A DNA stretch of 64,000 nt, from contig BK006939.2 in assembly GCA_000146045.2 (NCBI GenBank), positions 32,001 to 96,000 of the forward strand, given 5' to 3'. Below are positions 34,798 through 46,052 of the stretch, one piece after another (the first letter of the stretch is position 1; the number at the start of each line of letters is the position of its first letter). A program made the translations under genes and the position numbers. The notes below the pieces were generated by a model. That model was not told where the DNA came from. It made no database searches and saw nothing but the letters and a program-made list of their open reading frames with translations. Source of the DNA: TPA_inf: Saccharomyces. Lineage: Eukaryota.

Positions 34798-35628
34798 TTA
34801 CAATTACGGATGAGGGGTTGTTGAAGTGAAGATAAGAAAAAAAAATGGGGTGCTATGTCAGCGTATTGTTCTCAGCTTTTATACGTGCAATAGATTAAGC
34901 TGTTCAGGAACGCGACGCGTTGCCCCCGTTACCGTTTGAAAAGAAAAAAATTTTCTTTTTCATACCTGTCTCTATTGTTTCAGTCATTCACTGCATGATG
35001 ACAAATGAAAGAAGAAAGACAATAGTAGTAAAAGCAAAAAAGGAATTAAAGTGAACGTTTTTTAGACTCTTACGCATACATATAAATATATATATATATT
35101 TGTATAAAAGGTGTACGTCGAAATCCTGTGAAGAAACCCTGCGAGAATATACATGGGTACATTCAATCTTAATACGTAGTATCGTAGAATACAAAGAAAT
35201 GTGCTTCTCCACGTGGATACGTACCGTTGTAAACTTTAATCAAGTACCAAAAAAACCAAACATATTCAGTCGATCTCTCAATGGGGAACAAAGAAAAGAG
35301 GTTCTTACCTTTTTTTCCTCCTTCCCTCAGAAAGACCACCTTCGTCCCTCCATAATAGGGTAGTTAGTCGCTAGGTGCGCTGGAAACTAACCATTGGTTC
35401 TCAAATGTGCCGACATAATTAGTTATAATTATGGTGTGAGAGTTGAAATATCCTTGAATAACAAAACAGAAAAAAGAAAAAACCCATTTGAATATAAAAA
35501 TCATTGATGCAAAAGAAAGCCGTTAAATCTACAATGCCACGAAATTATTGTAATGTATGAAAAAAAGGAAGAGGGTAGCAATCCTAAAACAAAAACCCTA
35601 ACAATACACATGATGCAACTGGAACGCA

Positions 35629-36792
35629 TCAGTATTTGTAGGTTTTTATTTCGCGGATAGCGTTGCCATCAACGTCGACCTCGGTGGATTCACTACGGTA
35701 AATCTGGGTAGGTCCGTTACAGTCGAAAGGATGTTCTTTAGCATAGTCGAAGGCCTCGGAGATGGCCAATTTGACTTTTTCCAAAGTATCTCTGGTGACT
35801 TGATAGTGGAACGAGACTCTACCACCCATTAGCTTAACGTTGTACTTCAAACCCTTCTTAACAAGGACATCTGGGTCCATTCTAGCGGCCTTCAGGTTAA
35901 TAAAGACAAAGTTGGTGTCTGCTGGAGACTCTAGCGGGATGCCCTTTGCCTCACAATATTCGGCTAATTCATGAGCCAAAGAGTGCGAGTACAGCAATTG
36001 GGACTTCCAATCGTTGTTGATGTTTACAAGAGCCATTCTAGCCATCATACCAGATTGTCTAATACCACCACCTTGTTGTTTTCTGAAATGGGTGGCCTTC
36101 TTGACAAACTTAAGGTTCCCAACCAAGACGGACCCAATAGGAGCACCCATAGACTTGGATAGACAGATGGAGATGGAGTCGAAGATTTCCCCATATTGCT
36201 TTAATGGCACGCCAGATTGTGCAGCGGCATTCCAGATTCTGGCACCGTCACAATGTAGTTTGAGACCATTTTCCATACACCAAGCTTTGATGCGGACCAG
36301 TTCTTCCAATGGATAAACAATACCGTGTAAAGTGTTTTCCAGAGAAATCAATCTGGTGGGGGCACCGTGAATATCACCGTCGTCTGGGACGTAGTGTGAC
36401 TTGATGTCTTCCAAGGTCAAGTAGTCACCGTTGGAAGGAACCACAGGAACCACCATCGCTTGAGACAAGATCGCCAGTCCAGCGGCTTCGTGAGTGTAAA
36501 CGTGAGCCCTGTAATCACATAGAATAGAGTATGGAGGTTGCATCAAGTGAGTTCTGATGGCAATCTGGTTGGACAAAGTCCCAGAGACACAGAACAAACC
36601 TGCTTCTTTGCCAGCCATGCGGGCAACGGTCTGTTCGAGCCTAACGGTGTCAACATCTTCACCGTAGACAGCGTCACCGATAGAGGCCTCTAAAGCGGCC
36701 TCCATCATCTCTGCAGTTGGAGTGGTGAATGTGTCTGACCGCAAGTCGTTAGCAGCGGTGATATATTTTGGAGGCAATTCGAATTCAGTCAT
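35629..36792 (-). CDS. GLY1: Threonine aldolase, PLP-dependent (387 aa)
   Basis: MTEFELPPKYITAANDLRSDTFTTPTAEMMEAALEASIGDAVYGEDVDTVRLEQ... Low-specificity threonine aldolase family. Length 387 aa. Confidence 0.95.
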   Translation of the reverse strand: MTEFELPPKYITAANDLRSDTFTTPTAEMMEAALEASIGDAVYGEDVDTVRLEQTVARMAGKEAGLFCVSGTLSNQIAIRTHLMQPPYSILCDYRAHVYTHEAAGLAILSQAMVVPVVPSNGDYLTLEDIKSHYVPDDGDIHGAPTRLISLENTLHGIVYPLEELVRIKAWCMENGLKLHCDGARIWNAAAQSGVPLKQYGEIFDSISICLSKSMGAPIGSVLVGNLKFVKKATHFRKQQGGGIRQSGMMARMALVNINNDWKSQLLYSHSLAHELAEYCEAKGIPLESPADTNFVFINLKAARMDPDVLVKKGLKYNVKLMGGRVSFHYQVTRDTLEKVKLAISEAFDYAKEHPFDCNGPTQIYRSESTEVDVDGNAIREIKTYKY

Positions 36793-37281
36793 TGTGTTTA
36801 TGTTTGCGTTTGTGTGCGGGAGTAAAAGTGAGTGTAAGCCTAGGAAAGGAGGTGGTTACGAACTAGCCAGCGGAAACAATGTACGTATATGTATGTAAGT
36901 ATTACTCTATACCAGACAGAACAAGATAGACGAGAAGGACACATGGAGGATTTGACAGGCAAGCTCAACACTTGCTTATATATATACACATATGTGCTAT
37001 TGCAAATGCAAAAAGCGTATATCCAGTGAAGAAAAAGACGAAAAAAGACGAAGAAATAAAAAGAAAAACCGGTGAACGAATATGGCAAGTGAAAAAGTGC
37101 GCAATGAGTAATACAAAGGGCGAAGCAGCGGGAAAAAAGAAACGGCGCTGCTGCCCGGAAACCGGAAGCGAAGCTTTGTGGGGTACGGGTGCATGCTCGG
37201 CTTTTTCCAGATAGGGGAAGTGCCGTCGCCAAAAAGGCAAGGGTCCGTTTCGCGTGACATTTCATAGCGGGCCAAGCGTGG

Positions 37282-37289
37282 GTCACGTG
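37282..37289. promoter_or_regulatory. Cbf1/Pho4-type E-box GTCACGTG inside a GC-rich block of the GLY1-IES6 intergenic region
   Basis: Exact RTCACRTG match (ggGTCACGTGct). 470 bp upstream of the IES6 ATG and 490 bp upstream of the GLY1 ATG. Confidence 0.35.
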
Positions 37290-37756
37290 CTGCACAGGCC
37301 TGCCGCTGGCATGATTTGTCAGCACATATACAACAAGAAGTATTGGTTGCGTTGAAGAAAAAAAGAATAGTAATAACAATTTGGGGCCGTGTGTAAAAAA
37401 AATAGGAAACAGCTACCCCGGCGTGCCGTGTGGCTCTCTGTGCGAAGGAAGGCCCTGTCGCCGCACATATTCGATGAATATCGATGACGACGACTACCTT
37501 CTGGTTGCATAGTTTATTAGTCTGTGCCTGTTCTTCGGCGAGTGAGTAGATGAAAGAAAGAATGAGTTAGAGAGAATTCTAGGCCAGGTTCGGCTTAGTT
37601 AAGCTTAGCTTACTTTGGGTTTACTTAGCGTGCTTTTTTTCTTCCGCGCTGAGACGGTGAGGAATGGAAGTGTAAAGAAGCGAACGAGGGAAAAAAAGTT
37701 GTGACCTAGGGGAAGGTTAAAATTGTCATCATCATCAGCGTGAGAAAGTCGAAACA

Positions 37757-38257
37757 ATGAGCGGTAGTAGGGGCAATAGCAGCAATAGTAGCGTCAGTAA
37801 TAATAGTAATAATAACAATAATAATGACGGGGGCGACGAGAGATTGCTGTTTCTAAGAAGCGTGGGCGAACGCAATGAAATTGGCTTTCCCTCTAGATTC
37901 AAGTCGGCGCATTACAAGAAACCGACAAGAAGACACAAATCAGCGAGGCAGTTGATCTCGGACGAAAACAAGCGGATCAACGCCTTGTTGACCAAGGCTA
38001 ACAAAGCTGCAGAGAGTTCTACTGCTGCTAGGCGACTTGTGCCCAAAGCGACGTACTTTAGCGTGGAAGCGCCACCGTCTATCAGGCCTGCCAAGAAGTA
38101 CTGCGATGTTACTGGGTTGAAGGGCTTCTACAAGTCGCCTACGAACAACATTCGGTATCACAACGCAGAAATCTATCAGTTAATCGTAAAGCCGATGGCC
38201 CCCGGCGTCGATCAGGAGTACTTAAAATTGAGAGGGGCCAACTTCGTTCTAAAATAG
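37757..38257 (+). CDS. IES6: INO80 chromatin-remodelling complex subunit, YL1-C domain (166 aa)
   Basis: MSGSRGNSSNSSVSNNSNNNNNNDGGDERLLFLRSVGERNEIGFPSRF...KKYCDVTGLKGFYKSPTNNIRYHNAEIYQLI (YL1 C-terminal motif). Length 166 aa. Confidence 0.9.
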   Translation: MSGSRGNSSNSSVSNNSNNNNNNDGGDERLLFLRSVGERNEIGFPSRFKSAHYKKPTRRHKSARQLISDENKRINALLTKANKAAESSTAARRLVPKATYFSVEAPPSIRPAKKYCDVTGLKGFYKSPTNNIRYHNAEIYQLIVKPMAPGVDQEYLKLRGANFVLK

Positions 38258-38324
38258 GCATTGTATATGTATGTATGTATTTTAGCTTGTAGACAACCTT
38301 TCACACTTACATAGTTTGTCGCTG

Positions 38325-38332
38325 GTCACGTG
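38325..38332. promoter_or_regulatory. Second GTCACGTG E-box, about 150 bp upstream of YEL043W
   Basis: Sequence gctgGTCACGTGcgac. Confidence 0.3.
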
Positions 38333-38477
38333 CGACAATGCAAAATAGTGTAGAGTAAAGCTAAAAAGGACAAGATAAAGTGAAAAAAAAATAATAAAAA
38401 AAAAAAAGGAATATTGTTAATGGAAAGCGTGTAAAGACACATTACGCTCCTACCTAGGACTACCAACACATGCATGG

Positions 38478-41348
38478 ATGCCAGTCTCTGTAATAACCAC
38501 GGTTTTAGCATGTCTGTGGCTCTCTTATAGGCTCTATAAGTTTCTCACTATTCCTGTGTCCAGCATCGTCTCCACTTTGAAGATCAAAACTCCACCGGCA
38601 ACAAAAGTGTCTATCGACAAAATAGCCACGGATTCAGTGACCATTCATTGGGAGAACGAACCTGTAAAAGCGGAGGACAATGGCAGTGCGGATAGAAACT
38701 TCATTTCCCACTATTTGTTGTATCTGAATAACACACAATTGGCTATCTTCCCAAACAACCCAAACTCCCTTTACACATGCTGCTCCATCACGGGTCTCGA
38801 GGCGGAGACGCAGTACCAGTTAGATTTTATAACGATTAACAACAAGGGCTTTATCAATAAGCTACCCTCCATTTACTGTATGACGAAGGCGAGAGAGGCG
38901 AATGAAGCGTTAAAGACTAGAAAATGGAGAAGAAACACCATCACATCGTCCACAGCTATGCAGCCCAGAAACTCCAAGTCCGAACCCGCCCCGTTGCCCT
39001 CTCACTACTCCTCTGTTTCCCTGTCTACTTTCTCATCCAATATTACTAATAGCGCCACCAGCAATAATGGTTCAAATCTACCCGCTTACACATCTTTGAC
39101 TACGTTGAAGGATTTGGATTCGTTTTCCATCGATGATCTGAAAAAGATACTGATTTGCGCCCAGGAGGACTTACACGATGTGTTGTCCCAACAAACTTCG
39201 CTTTTGCAAGATTTTCAAGAATCGAAGTTAGAATTAGAACTAGAACTGGATAACTTGAAAACACATTGGTCGCACGAAATTGACTTGCGGAAATCCTTGA
39301 AATCCAATATCAAGTCATTGGAGAATTCTAAACTATTGACCGATTTGAAAATCGAAAAATTGAACAAGAAAATCGACAAATCCAAGGAAAAAATATCGAA
39401 AATGCGCAATGATATGCAGAAATGGTCTCAGGAAGATACCGAGCTGTTGTCTAAGGATACCATAAAGGAGAAATATTTCAAATTGCTAAATGAATCCAAT
39501 GCCTCTGTGGCCAATATCAACAAAGAAATTGAGTCTTTACAAAATGAAATTTCCAAGATGGAGGAGTCTAACAAGAGATTGAACGCCTCCAAAAAATCAT
39601 TGATTACTTCCATAGTGGTGAATGCCAATGTGGAAAACGATAAACCTATTGCTAGCGGAGAATTGTCGGCTGTTTTGAAGAAGCTCAATGATTTTACTTT
39701 AGAAAAAAATGGATTTTTAAGTAATGCTGGTGAAGAGTTTCTATCCAAATTGAATGCAGACTCATCATTGATTAAAATGATTAAGCAAGAGCTAAGCATT
39801 GATCAAGAATTGGAGGCCAACTGGAAATTGCAGAGGTCAAATTTGTTGAAGAAAATTAGTGCTTTAGAAAACCAATTTAATGAAATGAGCCTTAATAATC
39901 GGAATTTGAAAACAAAATTAATGGTTCAACCATATAAGAATAACGGTGATTCGCTTGCTGCCACCAATTCGAATAATTCCGCGGAAAAAAACAGAAGTTC
40001 TGGATCGATTCAATTACCATTATCCAACAACATGTCAAGAACGGGGTCCATTGATTTAATATCGAATAATAACAAAAGTATTAACAACAGTAATGCTGAT
40101 TCTGCTCCTCCGTTGAGGTTGCACAATCCAGTTTCGTACTCTCCTTCGAATGAACCCATACAACCTTCAAGCAGTCTATTGAGTCAATTGACACAGGACA
40201 CCGATAATCGATCAATGCTCTCCAATCACATCTCATCGAACAACGAAAACAAGCAACAGCCTTCTTCATATTCACATGCTTTACCTACAACTGCTACTGC
40301 TAATGCAACAGCAACAGCAACAGCAACTAATGGTCACTCAAGGTCAAATTTATGGACCACCGCACAATTCGCTCAACCTTCGCATCAACAAGTATCTACA
40401 GAATTGGATCAAGCTTTTGAATACGATAATGCAAACCACTTAATCAGTGGTTTGCAAAATATGATCTACGACGAAACAGACTATCCTGATAACATAAGCA
40501 ATTATTCCAAGGGTTTTACTACAGACGAACTTGACAATTACTGGACTAAGCAGCAACCCCAGGTGCGCAGCACAAATGAAAGTCTTTTCTCTACGACTGG
40601 AACACCTATGTCATCATATAAGGCTAACCCAGTAATATCTCCATATTCTAGTTCTCATTTGCGACAAACCTCCAACGCAACCAATACGAATCCTATGCAT
40701 CCACAGAGTCTACTCGCCGCTACATTGAATGATCCTTCATTACAAAGTTTTGTACGCAGTGGTTCTTTCTACAGTGCTCCGCAACCTGCAAACTCCTTAC
40801 AGAACAATATCAATGGCAATGAAACCGAGAACATTAGTCCAAGGATATCAAGTGACTTCAATTTATTGGTGCCAAACTTGAGCCCACGACTCTCAAACGA
40901 TGTGCCCATTGTTCCAGGCAATAACACTACTTTAACACCTTCACACTCGAACATATTAACAATGAACCATCAACCAACGGCGGATAACATTACACGAAGA
41001 TCTTTCCATGCCTCTTCACCACCTTTCAACTCCATATGGAATTCAAATACAAATCAACTTTCTCCTCCATTGGAGGAGCAGTATCACCTCGATGTGCCTG
41101 TGGGTCCAAAGGTTCCCGCTAAAGAACCAAGCCCTAAGCCTTCTCACAAGAGGAACCAAAGTAACAGCAGCATTTCTTCTGCATGGTCCAAGTTTAAGCA
41201 CAAGTCTGCATCATCACCTGCTAATGCGGACACGGATATTCAAGATTCATCAACTCCATCAACTAGTCCAAGCGGTAGAAGAATGTCAAAACTGTTGTCC
41301 AAGAGCGGTATGAATAATCTATTTAACCCGCACAGTCACGACTCATGA
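38478..41348 (+). CDS. Large Asn/Ser-rich protein YEL043W (956 aa) with N-terminal signal/TM segment, a fibronectin-III-like region and central coiled coil
   Basis: 956-codon ORF MPVSVITTVLACLWLSYRLYKFL... Length matches YEL043W. Long low-complexity N/S/T-rich tail including an (AT)n-type ATANATATATATNG segment. Confidence 0.85.
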   Translation: MPVSVITTVLACLWLSYRLYKFLTIPVSSIVSTLKIKTPPATKVSIDKIATDSVTIHWENEPVKAEDNGSADRNFISHYLLYLNNTQLAIFPNNPNSLYTCCSITGLEAETQYQLDFITINNKGFINKLPSIYCMTKAREANEALKTRKWRRNTITSSTAMQPRNSKSEPAPLPSHYSSVSLSTFSSNITNSATSNNGSNLPAYTSLTTLKDLDSFSIDDLKKILICAQEDLHDVLSQQTSLLQDFQESKLELELELDNLKTHWSHEIDLRKSLKSNIKSLENSKLLTDLKIEKLNKKIDKSKEKISKMRNDMQKWSQEDTELLSKDTIKEKYFKLLNESNASVANINKEIESLQNEISKMEESNKRLNASKKSLITSIVVNANVENDKPIASGELSAVLKKLNDFTLEKNGFLSNAGEEFLSKLNADSSLIKMIKQELSIDQELEANWKLQRSNLLKKISALENQFNEMSLNNRNLKTKLMVQPYKNNGDSLAATNSNNSAEKNRSSGSIQLPLSNNMSRTGSIDLISNNNKSINNSNADSAPPLRLHNPVSYSPSNEPIQPSSSLLSQLTQDTDNRSMLSNHISSNNENKQQPSSYSHALPTTATANATATATATNGHSRSNLWTTAQFAQPSHQQVSTELDQAFEYDNANHLISGLQNMIYDETDYPDNISNYSKGFTTDELDNYWTKQQPQVRSTNESLFSTTGTPMSSYKANPVISPYSSSHLRQTSNATNTNPMHPQSLLAATLNDPSLQSFVRSGSFYSAPQPANSLQNNINGNETENISPRISSDFNLLVPNLSPRLSNDVPIVPGNNTTLTPSHSNILTMNHQPTADNITRRSFHASSPPFNSIWNSNTNQLSPPLEEQYHLDVPVGPKVPAKEPSPKPSHKRNQSNSSISSAWSKFKHKSASSPANADTDIQDSSTPSTSPSGRRMSKLLSKSGMNNLFNPHSHDS

Positions 41349-41770
41349 ACAATATTATAATACTTCCAGGTCGTGTATATATGTAGATATATAAATTATG
41401 AAACATAATATATGAAAGCAGTTTGAGCTTATTCTTAATCATCAATAGGGTAACGGTATTAATCTCATTTTTTCTTTTTTTTTTTCTTTTTATTTTGGCG
41501 TCTCGTCTCAATTTCATTTTTCCCATCTTTTTACAACTTCAATATGAAAAACATAACACATGAAAAATAACTGTCAACATTAATAATATTCCTTGCATAG
41601 TGCTTCGATTTTCCAAATATAAAAACAGTTTCTTTTACAAGCTTATTTAATTTTGGTTTTAAGGAGAAAGCACTAATAAAAAGGGCAAGGACTGCAATCA
41701 ACAATCTTTATTGGCGAACAGTTAAGGGTCCTCTCGAGAAGAAACATTAAGACATCATCGCACAAAAAAC

Positions 41771-43327
41771 ATGGCGCCCATCTTTAGAAATTACCGGTTC
41801 GCTATCGGTGCTTTTGCCGTTATTATGCTCATTTTGTTGATTAAAACATCTTCCATCGGTCCACCTTCTATTGCACGTACAGTTACTCCTAATGCTAGTA
41901 TTCCCAAAACTCCGGAGGACATCTCTATCTTGCCCGTCAATGATGAACCAGGTTACCTTCAAGATTCGAAGACTGAACAAAACTATCCTGAGCTTGCCGA
42001 TGCTGTGAAGTCACAAACAAGTCAAACATGCAGCGAAGAACATAAGTATGTTATCATGATCGATGCCGGCTCTACCGGTTCCCGAGTACATATATACAAG
42101 TTTGACGTCTGTACTTCCCCACCTACATTACTTGATGAAAAATTCGACATGTTAGAGCCTGGTTTATCTTCTTTCGATACCGATTCCGTTGGTGCCGCTA
42201 ACTCCCTTGACCCATTACTGAAAGTAGCAATGAACTATGTCCCTATTAAGGCAAGAAGTTGTACTCCCGTTGCGGTGAAAGCTACTGCAGGCCTAAGACT
42301 CTTGGGTGATGCCAAATCTTCAAAAATTTTGAGCGCTGTAAGGGATCATTTGGAGAAGGACTATCCTTTCCCAGTTGTCGAAGGTGATGGTGTTTCCATC
42401 ATGGGCGGTGATGAAGAAGGTGTCTTCGCCTGGATTACTACAAACTACCTATTAGGTAATATCGGTGCTAATGGCCCCAAGTTACCTACTGCTGCCGTTT
42501 TTGACTTAGGCGGAGGGTCTACACAAATTGTTTTTGAGCCTACTTTCCCAATAAATGAAAAAATGGTCGATGGTGAGCATAAATTTGATTTGAAGTTTGG
42601 TGATGAAAATTACACCTTGTACCAATTTTCTCATCTAGGTTACGGTTTGAAGGAAGGAAGAAATAAAGTTAACTCTGTTCTTGTGGAAAATGCATTAAAA
42701 GACGGCAAAATATTGAAGGGTGATAACACTAAGACTCATCAATTGTCATCTCCATGCCTACCGCCTAAAGTTAATGCCACAAATGAAAAGGTTACATTAG
42801 AATCCAAGGAAACTTATACCATTGACTTTATAGGGCCGGACGAGCCAAGTGGTGCACAATGTAGATTTCTGACTGATGAAATTTTGAATAAAGATGCTCA
42901 GTGCCAGTCTCCACCATGCTCTTTCAATGGGGTTCACCAACCTTCTTTAGTTCGTACATTCAAAGAATCGAACGATATCTATATTTTCTCTTATTTCTAC
43001 GACAGAACCCGTCCATTGGGTATGCCCTTGTCCTTTACTTTGAATGAATTGAACGATTTGGCAAGAATAGTGTGTAAAGGCGAAGAAACTTGGAATAGTG
43101 TCTTCAGTGGCATTGCGGGGTCCCTAGATGAATTGGAAAGTGACTCGCACTTCTGTTTGGACTTATCTTTTCAAGTGTCCTTATTACATACGGGATATGA
43201 CATTCCATTACAAAGAGAATTGAGAACTGGAAAGAAAATTGCCAATAAAGAAATCGGTTGGTGTTTAGGTGCGTCATTACCATTGTTGAAAGCTGATAAC
43301 TGGAAATGTAAAATTCAATCAGCTTGA
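41771..43327 (+). CDS. GDA1: Golgi guanosine diphosphatase, apyrase/GDA1-CD39 family (518 aa)
   Basis: [28 protein letters not shown]... with apyrase conserved regions ([23 protein letters not shown]). Length 518 aa. Confidence 0.95.
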   Translation: MAPIFRNYRFAIGAFAVIMLILLIKTSSIGPPSIARTVTPNASIPKTPEDISILPVNDEPGYLQDSKTEQNYPELADAVKSQTSQTCSEEHKYVIMIDAGSTGSRVHIYKFDVCTSPPTLLDEKFDMLEPGLSSFDTDSVGAANSLDPLLKVAMNYVPIKARSCTPVAVKATAGLRLLGDAKSSKILSAVRDHLEKDYPFPVVEGDGVSIMGGDEEGVFAWITTNYLLGNIGANGPKLPTAAVFDLGGGSTQIVFEPTFPINEKMVDGEHKFDLKFGDENYTLYQFSHLGYGLKEGRNKVNSVLVENALKDGKILKGDNTKTHQLSSPCLPPKVNATNEKVTLESKETYTIDFIGPDEPSGAQCRFLTDEILNKDAQCQSPPCSFNGVHQPSLVRTFKESNDIYIFSYFYDRTRPLGMPLSFTLNELNDLARIVCKGEETWNSVFSGIAGSLDELESDSHFCLDLSFQVSLLHTGYDIPLQRELRTGKKIANKEIGWCLGASLPLLKADNWKCKIQSA

Positions 43328-43943
43328 ATAAGAACATGGACACCGCTTTTCGTCCCATGTATATTAAGGAAGAGGAGATTGCGGTGATATGTATTCTGTT
43401 ATATGTCCTATTCTATAACCCTTGAACAATATGTAAACGATTTTTACGTTATGAAAATCACTATTATCCCCACAATAGTTTATTATAACACCGCCGCCAA
43501 GACAGGGGATTGAAAAGGCCTTCCGAGGTTTATCCATTTTTGGTAAAAGCCCGCCACGCCTTCAGGTGTTTGAGTATGAACTGGAAGAGTTATCTGTTAG
43601 GACCTCATAATCTTGAACATATGAGATAATTTAATATACTTTTGTTATGGATTGTTCCGTTGTTTTAAGACTATATGGCTTTGTTTTAGTTTTAGGGTGA
43701 TTGTGGATATCACACCGGTCCTCAAGAAAATCGAAAACAAAAGGATAATCGGACTTATCTGGTGATCGAAGAAACTGCATTTCAGGTCGTTTAATAAACT
43801 GCTAGCTATTGATATTATATATATAAATAAACCTACAATCAGGTTAGTGTATTCATCTCACTTCTATAGCGTTGTGAAAGGGAAATGGAAATAGTGCAAT
43901 CTCAATAAATCTGCTTACGTGACATTTTTTACTAAAAGAGAAT

Positions 43944-45431
43944 ATGAAAACTGATAGATTACTGATTAACGCTTCCCCGGAGACATGTACCAAGGGAGAT
44001 GCTGAGATGGATACTATGGATACTATTGACAGAATGACATCAGTTAAAGTTTTAGCGGAAGGCAAGGTATTAAGCAACTTCGAAGAACCGGGCTTAATGA
44101 GGTGCGGTTATCATGATGCAAAAAACTGGGTCAGAAGATTATCGAGCGAAACAATTGTCGGTGAGGACACGAGTAATTTATACCCATTTTATGTTGATAC
44201 TGCATACGATGTAAGGCGTTTGAGAAAGGATCTTATAAATGCTAAGGTTGACTTGCAGGTTGAAAACCTGATAATAATCTGCAATATTAATGATATTTCC
44301 ACTGTATTTCTCATGAGAGAAGTGGTGGAATGGATCTTACGCAATTTCCATTCAATAACTGTATATGTACAAGATATTTTTAAAAAGTCAACTCAGTTTG
44401 CTGTTGGTGACCTCTGCAAAGACAGCAATTGCAGTAAAAACAGAGTAAAGTATTGGTCAAAAGAATTTGTTAAAAAACACGATTCATTCTTTGACTTGAT
44501 GATTACACTAGGGGGTGATGGAACTGTCCTTTTTGCTTCATCTATATTCACGAAAGATGTTCCGCCGATTGTTCCATTTGCCCTTGGATCATTAGGATTT
44601 CTAACAAATTTTGAATTTCAAAATTTCAAAGAAACGTTGAAACATATCTTAACAGATGAGGTTCGTATTAATTTACGAATGAGGTTGCAATGCAAACTCT
44701 ACCGTAGAAATAAACCAGAAATTGATGCCGCAACTGGGAGAAAAATATGTTACATCGATTTCATCTCCGAACATCACGTATTGAACGAAGTAACCATAGA
44801 TAGAGGTCCAGCTCCTTGTTTATCCCTATTAGAACTCTATGGAAACGACTCACTAATGACTAAGGTTCAGGGAGATGGATTGATTGTTGCCACGCCTACG
44901 GGATCCACGGCATACTCATTGAGTGCAGGAGGCTCTTTAATATCGCCAAGCGTAAATGCCATAGCGGTGACGCCTATATGTCCTCATACTTTGAGCTTTA
45001 GGCCTATAATTTTACCAGATAGCATGGAATTAAAAGTTAGAGTAGATATGAACTCAAGAGGGACGTCGTGGGTGAATTTTGACGGAAAAGATAGAGTTGA
45101 ATTGAAACAGGGTGACTATGTTGTGATAACTGCAAGCCCCTATTCGGTACCGACTATCGAGTCATCTGCCAGTGAATTTTTTGAAAGTATCAGTAAAAAT
45201 CTTAATTGGAATGACCGCGAAGAGCAGAAGCCATTTGCACATATTCTCTCGCCAAAAAATCAAGAAAAATATAGATTAGACTCATCGAAAAATGGAAACG
45301 ACACCATAAGTAATCCCCTCGAGAGTTCATGCATAAGCTCAGATGCACAAGATGAGGAGAGGAAATCCGTAACGGAAACAGAAACAGAAATAGTTGTTGA
45401 ACGGACTCGTCAGGCTCATTTTGCAATCTAA
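43944..45431 (+). CDS. YEF1: ATP-NADH kinase (495 aa)
   Basis: NAD-kinase motifs GGDGT (ITLGGDGTVLFAS) and the NE/D region. Length 495 aa. Position between GDA1 and UTR2. Confidence 0.9.
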   Translation: MKTDRLLINASPETCTKGDAEMDTMDTIDRMTSVKVLAEGKVLSNFEEPGLMRCGYHDAKNWVRRLSSETIVGEDTSNLYPFYVDTAYDVRRLRKDLINAKVDLQVENLIIICNINDISTVFLMREVVEWILRNFHSITVYVQDIFKKSTQFAVGDLCKDSNCSKNRVKYWSKEFVKKHDSFFDLMITLGGDGTVLFASSIFTKDVPPIVPFALGSLGFLTNFEFQNFKETLKHILTDEVRINLRMRLQCKLYRRNKPEIDAATGRKICYIDFISEHHVLNEVTIDRGPAPCLSLLELYGNDSLMTKVQGDGLIVATPTGSTAYSLSAGGSLISPSVNAIAVTPICPHTLSFRPIILPDSMELKVRVDMNSRGTSWVNFDGKDRVELKQGDYVVITASPYSVPTIESSASEFFESISKNLNWNDREEQKPFAHILSPKNQEKYRLDSSKNGNDTISNPLESSCISSDAQDEERKSVTETETEIVVERTRQAHFAI

Positions 45432-46052
45432 CGATTTCCCACATCCTGCGTTTCCGTAGTCAAGGGTTCATAATGGATGATGAGCCTGTAAACAGCTTTG
45501 TATTTACCTCTTTTACTTCAAGAATGCTCTTGCGTCGTTTGCAGTGTCGAAGAAGATCCAGTAGAGCTATACAAAATGGAGAAATGAAACAGTTGAACCA
45601 GAGCGCCGCATTTGGCAGGTAGTTTCGCTAAATTTCCTCATGCGCGTTTGTAATTATGCTAGTTAACCATATGATAAGGTTGCCTAACTTGCAGTCACCG
45701 GAAGGTTATTTCCGGAATGGTGCAGAATAATTTTTAAAATAGTAGCATATATTTCGTTCCAATTCCCAAATAGGGAATTATAATTATGACAGATAAATTC
45801 CCGATTAGGAAGAAGCGCGAAAATTCTTGAAAAACTTTTTTCAACCTCGAAGAAAATCGTCGTCCTTCGAAGATTTAGTGGGAATCTTCAAGGTGGATAG
45901 TTTCCAAATTAAAACTGCAGAAGAGGCTTTTAAAACATGCCTGAGGTATAAAAAGAACAACATTCCTGGTGATTATGGTTTCTGTTGGACCCTGTTCCCT
46001 TTGTAAAACTTCTATTTATTGTCCTGCAAATAAGCTAATTATATAATTAATA

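Noticed and set aside
36840-37379. 179-aa and 91/92-aa minus-strand ORFs in the GLY1-IES6 intergenic region (around dubious YEL045C)
   Set aside because: Cys/Phe/Leu-rich low-complexity translations of GC-rich promoter DNA. Overlapping ORFs in several frames. No support for coding.
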